Shown one piece after another: positions 25,901 through 40,000 of a stretch of DNA of 64,000 bases. The translations under genes were made by a program, and so were the position numbers. A model generated the notes under the pieces. It saw only the letters and a program-made list of their open reading frames with translations, searched no databases and was not told the DNA's origin. The first letter of the stretch is position 1, and each line of letters starts with the position of its first letter. The stretch is taken from positions 156,262,969 to 156,326,968 of the forward strand of contig NC_068981.1 of NCBI RefSeq assembly GCF_001194135.2, given 5' to 3'. This stretch comes from Octopus bimaculoides. Lineage: Eukaryota.

Positions 25901-27911
25901 AAGTGTGTTACTTTGTTGGGTCTTACTTCAAGGTGCTTCTGTCTCCAGTTTTAGTAGGTTTCTACAGTATTAGATTTATTTGTGGTGAAATATATGGCAT
26001 GGTGAAAGGCCGTAAGAACTTCTTTATTATCTTCCCTAGACCATTTTTCATTTTTTGTCTTTTGGTTATTTGATGACGAGCATGGATGGCTATTTGTTGG
26101 CATATTCCGGTTGTGGGGTACTTCCAGCTCCTGTGTTTCAGGAAGATCTGAACCAGTAGCTGATTTTTCGTATCCAATCTGGTTTGTAATCTGCTTTGTT
26201 ATCATTGAGGCATGACAAGCTTTGATGTTGACACCAGGGGACGGATTTGTCTGTTTAGGGTCAATTTTTTGAGACAACACCGTCACCGAGTTCTCAGCAT
26301 GTAAATATTGCTCGTAATGTAGCTTCTTAAGGCTAACAGATATGTATTCGTCTGTATTTTTTTTGTTGATAGATTTATCTCCTAGCATAGTTTTTTTGTG
26401 GTGTTTTTAAACTTATGAATGGTTCACTCTGTCTGTGTTAGTTCGAAAAATTAAAATAAAAAAGAAAAAAGTTTTGTTTTTGCTTTTGCTTCGTTTGTGA
26501 CACATGTTTTCATATGCGTAAATGTGTGTCCTGTAAATTTCACGTAGTTGTGTAAACATTGAGATATATGTGTGGTCCTATGGGTATCAAAATGTATATA
26601 TGATTGTGTAGACATTTGAGTGTATGTGTAATTACTCAATTTATGTGCTTAGTGTTTTGTTCCATTTCTATTTTATAATTTGTAAACTTTCCAGTGTTGA
26701 TTTCGCGTGTGTTTTACACATGTTTCATTGAGACATCATGCACAGGAGAAACTGTGCTTTGTATGGCAGTAAAACTTCGTTTTTTTTTTGTTTTTTTTTT
26801 TAATGTTCATTAAAAGACCGCTTTCTTCAAGTCTTCCACAGGTTCCTTTATCTAATTCCATCGCTGTTATTGGATTAAATTTGTTTTTGAATGGGGAGCC
26901 TGGTGTAGCACATCGATGTTGTTATTTATCGTTGTTGTTGTTGTTATTATTATTATTATTATTATTATTAGCAGCAAGTTGGCAGAATTTATAGTGTACT
27001 GGACAAAATGCTTAAAGGAAAATGAAGGTGGAGAGGGAAATGCTGCTACCCAGTAAATTTGTTGATGAGTGGATGTGAGTAGCAAGCATGGTCTTTGTGA
27101 ATGGGCCTTCTCTGGGCATGCACCTTTAGATTGGAAAGAGAGACAGCTGATGGTCACGGATAGCCCTTGTATTTGTCGCATTTACACATATTTGATATAA
27201 TCCTACACTGTATCATCCTCAATCTGTTTGGGAACCTTTATGGTTATTAAAGAATGCATTATTATTTCCAAAGCAACAATGTTTTTACATTCAGTTTTTT
27301 TAAATTATCATACTATGAGAAAATCTTAGCCCATGTGACTACCAGAACATTCTTTCTAACCTTTTCATTACTGAATTTCTGTTGAAATACACTGCCTTTG
27401 TTTCAGTCAATTTTTATTATAAAGTTGTTTGTAAAGTAACTTCATCATAATGGAGCTGGTCATTTGGAATGTAAATTTATATGAAATTTTGACGTAAGGT
27501 TTTAATTTAGATTGTTTTCAATAGGAAGTTTGTGTCTTAGAATCAGGAACAGTCTCATGCGGGTTAATATCGAGTGTTGGCACTAGTTTATATTTAATAT
27601 CTTCCTTGCTGATATTATGTATATATATATATGGACAAAGGATATCTGATGCCTTGCCGCATTCAAGAAGGCTCATACTCTGCAGCAGAAGTGTAAAGAC
27701 CAATCCTTCATGGAAGTGCTATGGAAAAGTGCCCATGCGACACCACGTAAAAGCACACTCTGTAAAGTGGTTGGCATTATCAGACTGGAGTCTGGTGCAG
27801 CACCCCAGCTTGTCAGCTGTGGTTACACCATCTAACTCATGTCACCATGGACAACAGACGTTAAATGGTGATGGTGATGATATATACACACATATATATA
27901 TATATATGCAC

Positions 27912-27956
<45 letters not shown>

Positions 27957-28825
27957 TACACACACACACACACACATACATATATACACACACATATACA
28001 TATACATACACCTATATATAGATATACATATACACACACATTCATACATGTGTGTTCGTGTACAAATATTTTTTTGTATCTATGTAACTATATTTAAATT
28101 TTAAGGCTACTGTCCACTGTGTAGACAATACAAAGGTAATTTTTTGACTTATAATAGAAGTGCTTGGATCACTAATTTCTCCTGCTAGCAATGCTGCAAA
28201 CCTTTTCCTTGGTTAACTGTAGATTGTTTCATGGGTAGAAAATAATTTTCTTTTACATATTTCTCAGATACCTTGTTGGTACTTTTCTGATTGAACATGG
28301 GGTTGTGGATAGTGTATGATATATTCCCTATTTATGCCTCATTTACTGATATGAGAGAGCACATGGTCCATTGTTCTGTTGAGTATTTGTGTATATACAA
28401 CTGTTCAAGATACAGATATGAATACGTTTTCTTATGGATGCAGGCATGGTTGTGTGATGAAAAAGTTTGCTTCTCAATTACATGATTTTAAATTTTGTTC
28501 CACTGCATGAGACATTGGGCAAGTGTTTTCAACTGTAGCCCAAGGCTTGTGATTGGATTTGATAGAGAGAAACTGAAAGAAACACATTGTGTGTGTGTGT
28601 CTTTGTCTTGACATTATATGACTGTTGTAAATGAGCATCACTGTCATACAAGCAGTGTTCATTATTTCCAATCTACAATGAAAACGTGTCCAACCATGGG
28701 GAAATATCTTTCATGGAAACAAGTGAATGTTGACAACAAGAAGGGTATCGAGTTGTAGAAAATCTGCCGAAATGAATTCTATCTGACTTATGCAAGCATG
28801 GAAAATTTAGATGTTAAAAGGATAA

Positions 28826-28860
<35 letters not shown>

Positions 28861-30991
28861 CACACATATAATGTACACAGATTCACCTATTAAAATGGAA
28901 TTGTTATAGTTCCAATTATATCATTTGTCTTATCTTCTATTTCAGCCAAAGCCATTCAGCATGCGGTTACAGACTTTGAATAACTTTCCAGTTAGTCAGG
29001 CTTATAAGTCTACATTCCGATGTCATGCAGCAGCTATATCAAGGGCTAAGTAAGATATGAACTATTATAAATCGTTTAGTGAAGGCAAGAAATTTATATA
29101 AATATATATACAAATGTGCGTGTGTATGTTAGTACAAACAAAGAAGAAAAAGTATGCAATACATTTATTTGAAGTTGAAATGTCATACCGCCATCACTTC
29201 TCCAGGATCTCATTTCTCCATGTTTTAACCCTTTTGTTAGCCTCTTTCTAGTAAAACCTGTTGCCTTTTTGAAAATAAGGAAGATTTTAATAATAAAAAA
29301 AAAATTGTCATTAATAAGCTGATGCTTGCAACATAAATTAACATAAAATTTTGATGAGAAATTATAATTTAGATTTATTTTATATGAGTTTTGTTTCACA
29401 GAACCAGGGTTAAGGAACTTGAGAGTAACAACTGACTAAATATAAGCTTTGAATAAATATTTTTTATCTATATGTAAACAGTGTGTGTGTGTGCATTCAT
29501 GATGCTGACATGACAATAGTTTAGAAGTTCACTTTGCAGTTATGTAATCCAGATCAGATTACATCCAGTCACACTGATCACTCACTCCTCTCTTGTTTTA
29601 CAAATTCCAGGGTAGCCTGCATTACTAGCTCCACTAAATCATTGGACCTGATAAGACAAAATTTACAAAGATTCATCAACAAAGAAATTGACCATGTCAT
29701 TCAGGATTATTTAAAGGTAAGCTTGCTTCATTTGTTTATTTCTTTAACCTTTTGCCTGTCCAAAGAATTTTCATAAGTTTTGACCTAAACGTCCATGTTT
29801 GTTTTCAGACTTTTAGTTAACCCTTGAAGTTGCATGGCTTGGTAGATAAGGGAATTTGGTTCACAATAGTATTGTCATGAGTTTGATTCCCAGCAGCGTA
29901 TTGTGTCCTTGAACAAGACACTTCATTCCCATTGTTCCAGTCCACTCAGCTGACAAAAATGAGTACCTGTATTTCAAAGGGCCAGCCACAGGTTCCCTCC
30001 ACTGTTAGGGTGTGACACTTCTTCTCACAGCTGTCCTCATCCATACACAATACATGACCATACCAGCGCAGTCATCTCTCTTGCACACCACATGTGATGC
30101 TTCTTACGTCTGACTTTTCTCTCAGGGCGCTTACACTCTGTCGTGTATGCACACTGGCATTGTACATTATCTGGTAGTCAATGCAGAGACTAGGGATAGA
30201 TGAGTGGTTGGTAAGAGCTGTACAAGCCCTGTACGGGGATGCTGTCAGTGAAGTGAGGGTTGGCAACGAATATAGTGAAGAATTCCGAGTAGAAGAATTC
30301 CCATCCAACACCTCTACTTCTACTTGTAGTACATTACCAGGGACAGGTTCAATTCATTGCTATGTAGATAGCAATAAAGTGAACCTGTTAACTGACATTA
30401 AATTGAACCTGTTAACTGACACTGTTTACTACATTTTTCTCTATCTAAATTTACAGTTGTATTATTTTGCAATTAATTTTTTATACACTTCAATTTTACA
30501 GAAATTCTTTAATCCTGGTATAGAAAACATTCGCTTTAATAATGGACTAAATGCCGTGAAAGATGAACATGTGCAATCAGTTTGTCAGAAGATTCTAGAA
30601 GAGGTTTGTATTTCATTTTTTTTTTTGTTTTCTTTAATATTGTTACCTTATTCCTTAAAATTGAGATAAAATATGTACTCTCTCTCTTTTACTTGTTTCA
30701 GTCATTTGACTGCGGCCATGCTAGAGCACCGCCTTCAGTTGAGCAAATCGACCCCAGGACTTATTCTTTGTAAGCCTAGTACTTATTCTATTGGTCTCTT
30801 TTGCCAAACTTCTAAGTTATGGTTATGTAAACACACCAACATTGGTTGTCAAGCGATGTTGGGGGGGGGACATACACAGACACACAAACACACACACACA
30901 TATANNNNNNNNNNACTGCTAAGTTATGGGGACATAAACACACCAGCATTGGTTGTCAAGCGATGTTGGAGAGACAAACACAGACACACAA

Positions 30992-31022
<31 letters not shown>

Positions 31023-34000
31023 CACATACATATATACAACGAGCTTCTTTCAGTTTCTGTTTACCAAATCCACTCACAAGGCTTTGGTCAGCCCGAGGCT
31101 ATAGTAGAAGACACTTGACCAATGTGCCACGCAGTGGGACTGAACCCAGAACCATGTGGTTGGTAAGCAAGCTACTTACCACACAGCCATGTGAAAAGAT
31201 GGCCATTTGTTTGATAGTTCATATACAGTATTTGAGTATGTAATAATGTCTTTGTGTGCAATAGGCTATCTATGTGTTGATAGATTTAAGTTTGAAGGCA
31301 TGTTTTTAGAATCAAGGACCTGGAGTTCATTGCTTAAAAAAAATAAAAATAAAAATAATGTTGTGGCGGACATCCCCAAGTGAGAAGCGGGCTGTTCCAC
31401 TACTGATAAATAGTGAACAGACACAACAAGCAGCCAGTTAGCGAGGTATGCTGTTTGGGCCAGTCATGCAGACAACGAAATACGTCATCATAATGTGGGA
31501 CATATCAGTGGCAATGAGGAGTCGAACTACACACAGTGGCAGATAAGACTAACACAGAACTGAACTACACAAAGTGAAAAATAATATAAATCTGTTTGTA
31601 GGATTTCTGTCAGGTCGCTATGTGTTAGTAGCACATGGGGTAGCAGCACTACCGGTGAACAATGTAGACTGGTATTACATGCAACATTCTGAAGAGAAAA
31701 ATAATTCTGTATGGAAGAAAAAATAATAATAATAATGTGTGAAAGAAAAAAAAAATCTCAAAGCAGGGAGATGTTGTGACGGACACCCCCAAGTGAGAAG
31801 TAGGCTGTTCCACTACTGATAAATAGTGGACAGACACACCAAGCAGGGTCATTTTTCCATTTTTCATTCATTTTTTTTTCTCCCCACTGTGATGTTCTGT
31901 CTGTCCTTGTGCTGTCCCCTCTTTTTAATAATAAAAACTTCTTTTCTGTTTTTTTCTCAGGCTAAAAAGATGTACGTTCCAGATCGTCAAAATATAAAGT
32001 ATGATAAAGCACCCGTTGAGAATGTATCTGAACTAACAACAGCTGGCAGTTCTAAACGAGTAAGTTTTACTATTTGGATATTTTGATATAATCTCAAATG
32101 CACAATTTCACTCATTAGCAATTATTTTTTATATTTCTATATATGTTTGATTACTAGCCCTTTGGAAATTAATCAAGAATTTTGAAGGCTTTAGTAAAAT
32201 AATTTTATTCATTAATTGATATACCAAGCTGGTGTTTGGAACACAACAGCAGAATGTTTATTCCATAAAACTACATTTTTAATTTCGGTAATGAGCAAGG
32301 CAGCGAGCTGGCAAAATTCTTAACACATTGGACAAAATGCTTAGCAGCATTTCTTCCAGCTCTTTATGTTCTGTGTTCAGACCCCACCAAGATCAATTTT
32401 GCACTTCATCTTTTAAGGGTTGATACAATGAAGTACCAGACAAGTACTGGGATCAGTGTAATCATATTGTCACTCCCTTCAAAATTGCTGGCCTTGTGCC
32501 AAAATTTAGAAAGAATTTATATAGTGAACACATTAAAATAGGTGGTCTCCAATGAAAGAACCAGTTGCAATCCCCAGCCCTTTGGTACCAAAAGGGTTAA
32601 TATGACTAAACTGATATTTGAGATTGCACAATTTATCATAGGATATCATTCATAATTTTATTTTTAAAATGCTTCATGATTTAAAGGAAATGGACACTCA
32701 CTTATAAGTATGTTTTAACTGTGAATTTAAAGATCAATTCTTCTGCATCCTTCAAAATTCCATGCTTCTCAAAATTCACCACCATTTCTCCTGACATGCT
32801 TAAGTATCCTTTCCTTTCTCTGGTTCTTTTACAGTTCATTTCCCTGTCTTCTTGTATTTTATTCTAATTTACTGTGCATACACTTTTAGATTTCATTGCA
32901 TCTTTCTTTTCTTGTCTTATTGCCACTTCCTAACCCCTCTTTTATCCTTTTTTTCAACAAGTTGTAGGCCCCTGAGCACTTTATATAAGAAGTTCATTAT
33001 TGCTATTGCTATATTGATCATCAAATCATTAGTAAATTTATTATGTCTATGTATTTCTATGATTTTTATAAGTCTTTTTATTTTTTTTATTTCAGTCAAC
33101 ATTTAACCGCAAAAGACGATCCTCAGACACTGATTCAGACATTGCTCTTCCAGTCCAAAAGAAAAAGGTAAAGCTTTGAATTTTCTCATTTTTATATTGG
33201 TTCTTCTTATTGTTTATTTTAGGTAAACCCTAATTTGAGCAAACCTATAGTCAGAGATATTCTGGCATTGACCATCTCATGTTTTCGTATATCCAACCCT
33301 TAATAAGATGGTAGGGTATGATTTGGTGAAATTTGGGTACTATTTCTAGCAAATCAAGTTACCATGAAGAGCATAGGTGGGGAGTGCCTCAGTACTTGAG
33401 AAACTGTGAGAATACACAGCACTGAAAAAAATAATGACTCATTAATTTTACAGATTTATGTTAGATTATTAACAATAAGCACATTAGAATGTTTGGATTC
33501 ATAACCATGTAGTAACTCACTTTCCCATATGCTTCTCTGTGTGACTTACTAACTCATCATCATCATCATCATTAAGCATTTTCACACACGCACATACACA
33601 TGGCAGACTTTTAGATTCCATGCAGTAAATCCACTCAAAGCTTTAGTCTGCCCAAAGCTATTGTAGAAGACACTCAAGTTGCCATGTAGTGGGATCAGAC
33701 CCAAAATCATGTGAATGGAAAGCAAGTTTCTTTACCACATCACCATGCCTGCTTCTATGCTATGTCTAAGATAAGACAGAAATGAATACAACAGTATATA
33801 TTAAATTACTATTTTGATCTTAAGGCTTAAACTAATTCTTCATGAGTTTATGGAAGCTTCATCTGCTGATGATTTCAAATCTGAATGCAAACAAAAGAGC
33901 CTGTACTCTCCTGGTGTAAGAGATTCTCTTGTTGGTTTGTTTTTATATCAGTTTCCTTCACAGTTACAAAGCTTGTATTTTTTAGTAAAGATGAGTTATA

Positions 34001-37000
34001 ATCAATGAGTTGAGGTTGATAAAATGAAACATGGCCTATGAAGTTAAGCTGTAGGTAGTGGGGGAAAAACTGAATATTGTAAATCACTTATTCTACTGGT
34101 TTATTGTCTTACCCTTGACCATTGCTTTATATTTCATTGAACTTGTTTCTTTTTATGCTTTTTTGTCAATAAAGAGATACACATGAAACATATATACATA
34201 TGTACCTAACACATATGTATCCAGACCAATGAAAGCATAATTTGTGTCACTTAGTTTGCTAAAAATAGCAGCCAAATCACCCTCAGATCACACTCAACGG
34301 TCTAGTCACAGATATAGAAAAAGATGGGATGGTCATAGGAAGAATGCCTTTGATCACACATTTACTTATGCAATAACATAAACGCAAGCACGCACACTTA
34401 TGTATGTATTCATCATATGCAAAGTACTTAGAGTTTACATCTCTAAGTAAACTTTGTTAACTTTGCTACTCAAGGTCATCAACAAATTTTGCTCAATTTT
34501 TTTATCTTCATCTTCATGCCAGTATTTTATTTTGCTTGTCAAACTACCCACACCATTTTCTTTATATATCTTCAGAATTTAATTTGTCAGCTAAATTTTA
34601 TTTTTACATGCTGCTTTCATTTTTTAAATTTATTTTCACAGAAAAAAGGCCGTCCCCCAACGCATTCAGGGTAAGTTGATTTTTTATTCCTTTTCTCTTA
34701 AATTCTATTCTTTTATTCTTTTGCTTGATTCAACTACTGTACTGCAGCATCAAGGTCAATTTCTTTTATAAAAAATCTTCATTGCCTTCAGAAGGAAGAC
34801 TGCAGGATTTAAGTCCTAAAGTACTGGGCAACAAGTCAACTATTAGAATGAGATAGCCATGTTTAGAAATTTGATTAAAAGTTTGACTGAAACAACTATG
34901 TTTAATATCCTATCTCTATGTCCTGATTACTTCTGTGCTCTAAGGCTAGTCAAATAGGGACTGATTAGGGCTATTTCAACTATGAGTATTAAACATTTTG
35001 TAACCTATTTTAAACAATACACTGACTGAATTACAATTTATTTTGAAAATGATCAAGCACCAACTTTTTTTTCCATATAATGACCACTTTTGTCTAAATG
35101 TAAGCACTTTAAAACTGGTAGTTTTTCTAACAAAGAACCAGAGACAGTCTTGAGCTGATTGGTATCAAAAAGGTTAAAAATCATTAAACAGGACTTCTAC
35201 TTTTGTCTTGTTTGATGATTCAATGCAGTTGCTTATGATTTATTTGCAATATCTATAAGAATAAAGCTTAGTACAATAATTAACTGTTCAGGTACAGTTT
35301 TTTTTTTATTCCTCTTCAAAAGATGTTATTAAGTATTAAAAGGGCAAGGGTCAAGAATTTCGGGTTAAATGAAGACCGCTGCATTAGATATCCTATGGTG
35401 TGTGGCTTGATGCCTCACATCCGAATGTGTTCCGTTTACTTCTTGTATCTCAGAAAATAATCATTAGTAATGCATTAGTCAGTTCAAAGGGTTCTTGTAC
35501 ATACACAAAGCAAATCTTTACACGTAAGGCATGTTGCCTGCCTTACCTAAGTCCACTTTCCTGAAAATGTCCTGACCACATTTTTGACTGAACAATGATG
35601 TCATGTTGTAATGTTGCTGCTTAGCATTCAAGTTGCCCCCCCCCAGACTGACTATGTTATCCAATTTAACCTTTTAAGACAGTAGGGTGTAGTTTGAAAG
35701 ATATTTAGCTGTTATTTCTAGCTGGTTGAGCACTCACATGGAGGTTCTTTTGTTGGCTAATGGACTATGTAGCTAGATTTTCAAAAATATTACTCTACAT
35801 ATTAGAATAGGAAAATAACATGTAATGCTGTTAAAGAAGACTATCAATAAACTGATTTGTGGAATCTCATTTCTGTGTATTTCTTAGGAGAGTAACACCT
35901 CAGAAATCTATACGTTCTGTTGAACCACTCAAGAGAGAAGGGCCAAAGGTAAGCTGATATTGCATTTTCTCAATATATTTGATGATGCTACTTCTTAAAG
36001 TATTTAATTCACATGTAGATTAACATGACTCAGGGTCTTTTAGTTGTAGGATCTTCAATTATTAATTTTAATATTTTATCTTTTACTTGTTTCAGTCATT
36101 GGACTGCACACATACTAGACCACTAACTTGAAGTGTTTTAATCAAACAAATCGACTGTAATACTTAGATTTTTAAGTTTGGTACTTATTCTAAAGGTCTG
36201 TTTTGCTGAACCACAAATGCCACAAGGACATAAACAAACCAACACTGGCTGTCGAATGATGAAAGGACAGACAGGCATTTACACACTCTGGGTTTTCACA
36301 CAGTTTCTATCTACCAAATTCATTCACAAGGCATTGGTCGGCCCAGGGCTATATTTGAAGGTACTTACCCATGGTGCCATGCATTGGGCTTGAACCTGAA
36401 ACCAGATAGCTGCAAGCTTCTTAACTACAAGGCCATAGCTGTACCTATACAATTACTATTTGCATATTAAATCTAAATGCTAATGAATAATGTACAACTT
36501 TTTTATCAAAATAACTTTATTAATGTACTGAAATAAAACAATGCAAAAAAATATTAAAAGCTGATGTATTTTTGAAAAATATTTTTCACTTCCAATCATA
36601 CTTTCTCTTCAGGCAAGGAGGTCTTGAATTTTTGCTGTATTTTGAAGCATTTTAAATGCTTTTCTTGTATATTCACGTAGACCTGTTGATTATTTTTAAC
36701 CACCTTCCATGTACTGATTTGTGTTTTCTTTCTTACAAACTGAGATACACATTATACTTCACCTGTCTATTTAATGGATGCTGTAGCTAACTTAAATCTG
36801 TCTTTTATTTTCTATTCTGTTCAGTTCATTGTCAGATGTTTGAACAATATTTGATAGTTGTCTTCCATTATTATAATATTTCTGAAGGTGGCGAACTGGC
36901 AGAATTGTTAGCTTGGCAGGCAAAATGCTCAGCAACATTTCATCCATCCTTATGTTCTGAGATCAAATTCCAGCAAGGTCAACTTTCCCTATCAACCTTT

Positions 37001-40000
37001 CGGGGTTGATGAAATAAGTACAATTTATACACTAGGGTCGGTGTAATTGACTATCCCCCACCCCCAAAATTCCAGCCTTATGCCTATAATAGAAAGGATT
37101 ATTATATTTTTGAAGGAGGCAAGCTGGCAGAACTGTTAGCATGACAGGCAAAATGCTTAGTGACATTTCTTCTAGCTTTGTGTTCGGGGTTCAAATTCCA
37201 CCAAAGTTGACTTCACCATTTGTCCTTTTGGGGTTGTTAAAACAAGTACCAGTTCAGCATTGAGATCAATGTTCTCAACTTACTCTCCCCGCTTAACAGA
37301 CATTGCCGGCCTTGTACCAAAATTTTAAATCAATATTATGATATATCTCTTAGACTTCTTTTTTTTTTTTTCGTTAGAGTTATTGAAAATGTCTCTATCC
37401 TCTATATACATTTGTGCTCATTCTATAAAACATTCTTATAAAATTAAACAAAAGAAAAGTGAGGGAAGAACAAACAAGGTGTATAAGTTTATCACTCAGG
37501 AAAAATATAAAGTTTATTAGGCTTTGGTCATTGTTCTGACTATCATATTCTAAACTTTTGATACACTCTTTTTACATAAAAAAAATTCTACATAAAAAAA
37601 TTGTCTTACTTTTTAATTTCAGTGGGATCCAGAGCGCCTAATTTCAGAAACACTATTTGTAATGGGTGCAAGGGCCAATAAGTAAGTAAAATGAATTTTT
37701 GTTTAATTAATTAATTTCAGCACACCCTTCCCACCTCCATCACCTGTACCGGAAGTCTCTATCTTCTAACCTCTATCGGATGTTTCTCCCATGAACACCT
37801 CCAAAGGTTTAATGTTCCCCCATCCCTGCTTAGGGTTTATCTCTTATGTAATGTAGTGATTATGTAGCGCTTAAAATGATGGTATAGTGTAGGCAGGTTG
37901 AAGGCTATTGTATGTTTATGAGTTCTGCCTCACCAGGAAACAGGAAAGATGGCTATTTATAAATTCCAAATCCTTCCCAGGTGAAGAATGCACCCCACAA
38001 CATAGATTAGTAGTTAGCGACTTCAGGATCAGGGTAAATGGATGTCCAGAAGATGACCAGCATAGAGAAGAAGGGTCTGGAAGCTTAAGGATCCTGCATA
38101 TGGGCAGAGATTTAGAGACATCATCATCATCGTCGTCTTCATTTAACGTCCGCTTTCCATGCTAGCATGGGTTGGACGATTTGACTGAGGACTGGTGAAA
38201 CCGGATGGCAACACCAGGCTCCAATCTAATTTGGCAGAATTTCTACAGCTGGATGCCCTTCCTAACGCCAACCACTCAGAGAGTGTAGTGGGTGCTTTTA
38301 CGTGCCACCCGCACGAAGGCCAGTCAGGCGGTACTGGCAACGGCCACGCTCAAAATGGTGTCTTTTATGTGCCACTCGCACAAGAGCCAGTCCAGGGGCA
38401 CTGGCAACGATCTCGCTTGAGCATCACATGATGTAGAAGACAACTGGAGGTTCCTATGGGACAACCTGTTGAGGGCTACTGACCAGATCTGTGAATGATG
38501 CAAAGTCCCCTCTCAACCCAAGGTAATATGGTAGTGGAACAATGTAGTTGACAGGGCCATTAGGGTAAAGAAACAGGCATGGAAGGACTGGAAGAATGGT
38601 GATAGCAGGAAATTGTATCAGATTGCCAGGAGACAGGTTTACTTAGCCAGAGGGGAAGCAGATGAGAATAAATTTGCCAATGTTCTGTGTCGTGAGGACC
38701 AGAGACTTGAAGTGTTTTGTGTTGCAAAACTGTGTGTGAGAGAGAATTGTGATGTCATAGGAAAGAAATGTGTCCACATGAATGATGGCTCACTTGCATT
38801 TACTGAGGCTGCAAAGAGAAAGACTTAGAGATGCCACTATAAAAGGTTGCTAAATGAACAGAATGAATTGGAGAAAGAGAGAATCAGTTTAGATGAGATG
38901 CGGTTTGGGTTTGTGCCAGGGTAAAGCACTGCTGATGCTATATTTCTGGTATTTTTTTCTATTTTTAAAGTGATTATTATTAATAGACATTTTCAATTCA
39001 GACACCAAAGTCGTATATATATCATCTTCAATATCATAAGAGTGAACTATATTTTAATATAATTATTCATTTAAATGTACTCCAAGTTTTAATTTTTCTT
39101 TTTTCTTTTTCTTTTAGAGCTCTTGGATTTGGTGCAACAAGAGGTCGATTATATATAAAGCATCCAGAATTATTCAAAGTAAGTTTTCTTTGGCTCATTC
39201 TATATTCATTGATTTGTTCCTTTTACTTAATTGTCTTCTACTATTTAAGTTGTTGTTTTGTCGCTCTCTGGCTCATCAGTTCCTGTTAAACCATACAACC
39301 TTTACTAGCATGGAAAAAGTAACATTAAATGATGGATATATGTATGTATGTATATCTTCTTCGGCTGTACATCATAGGTCTATGTTGACTGTTGTTGTTC
39401 AGTAACCATCTCTGGCAGGCTCACATGCGGGCTACAAAGCCTGCTCTTGATCTACACCAGTGATAACATCTGCAGCAGGTGAATCTGTATGTATGTATAT
39501 ATATATATATATATTATGTACTAAATTTACCCACAAGGCATTGGTTGAAATTGTAGAAGTAAGCTCACATCTTTTCCCAGTTTTCTTGGGGAAAATTCAT
39601 GTTACTGAAACATCAGTATAAACCACAAATACACAAATGTGTACATAACGTTTGTGTCAGATAAGAAAGGACAGAATCTTAAACCCTTTTGAGAGTCTCT
39701 CTGAAGTGAGGAAGTTATCAAAATAGTAACCTGATGCCAAGGTGGTGGTGTGTAGCAGATTAAATCTGCTACTATCTCCCAAATTTTATTCACAAGGCTT
39801 TGGTTAGCTCAAAGCTACAGTAAGAGACAGTTAGTCCAAGTGCTGCACAGTGAGATCAACACTCAAATTTATTTGTAGTGAAGTGAACTTCTTAAGTATA
39901 CAGTCATGGCTGCTCCCATTAAATAGATAATAGATAAGTATTGTCTGCTTACTAAAGAAGACTTTATCTGAAACAGATTAAAATTACAGATTTAAAAGCT

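Noticed and set aside
27606-28104. ORFs of 60-160 aa rich in YI/HT/CV/SL (also 14689, 46244, 57731, 59504)
   Set aside because: These are translations of dinucleotide microsatellites.
29534-29610. Longer upstream acceptor (ttgcag|TTATGT) for the dimerisation exon
   Set aside because: It is phase 0, but the preceding exon ends in phase 2; the 29611 acceptor fits.
30380-30422. 18-bp direct repeat TGAACCTGTTAACTGACA x2
   Set aside because: Simple local tandem duplication in an intron with no further structure.
30826-31020. Tandem duplication inside a SINE
   Set aside because: The two copies flank a 10-N gap, so this is likely an assembly or haplotype overlap artefact.
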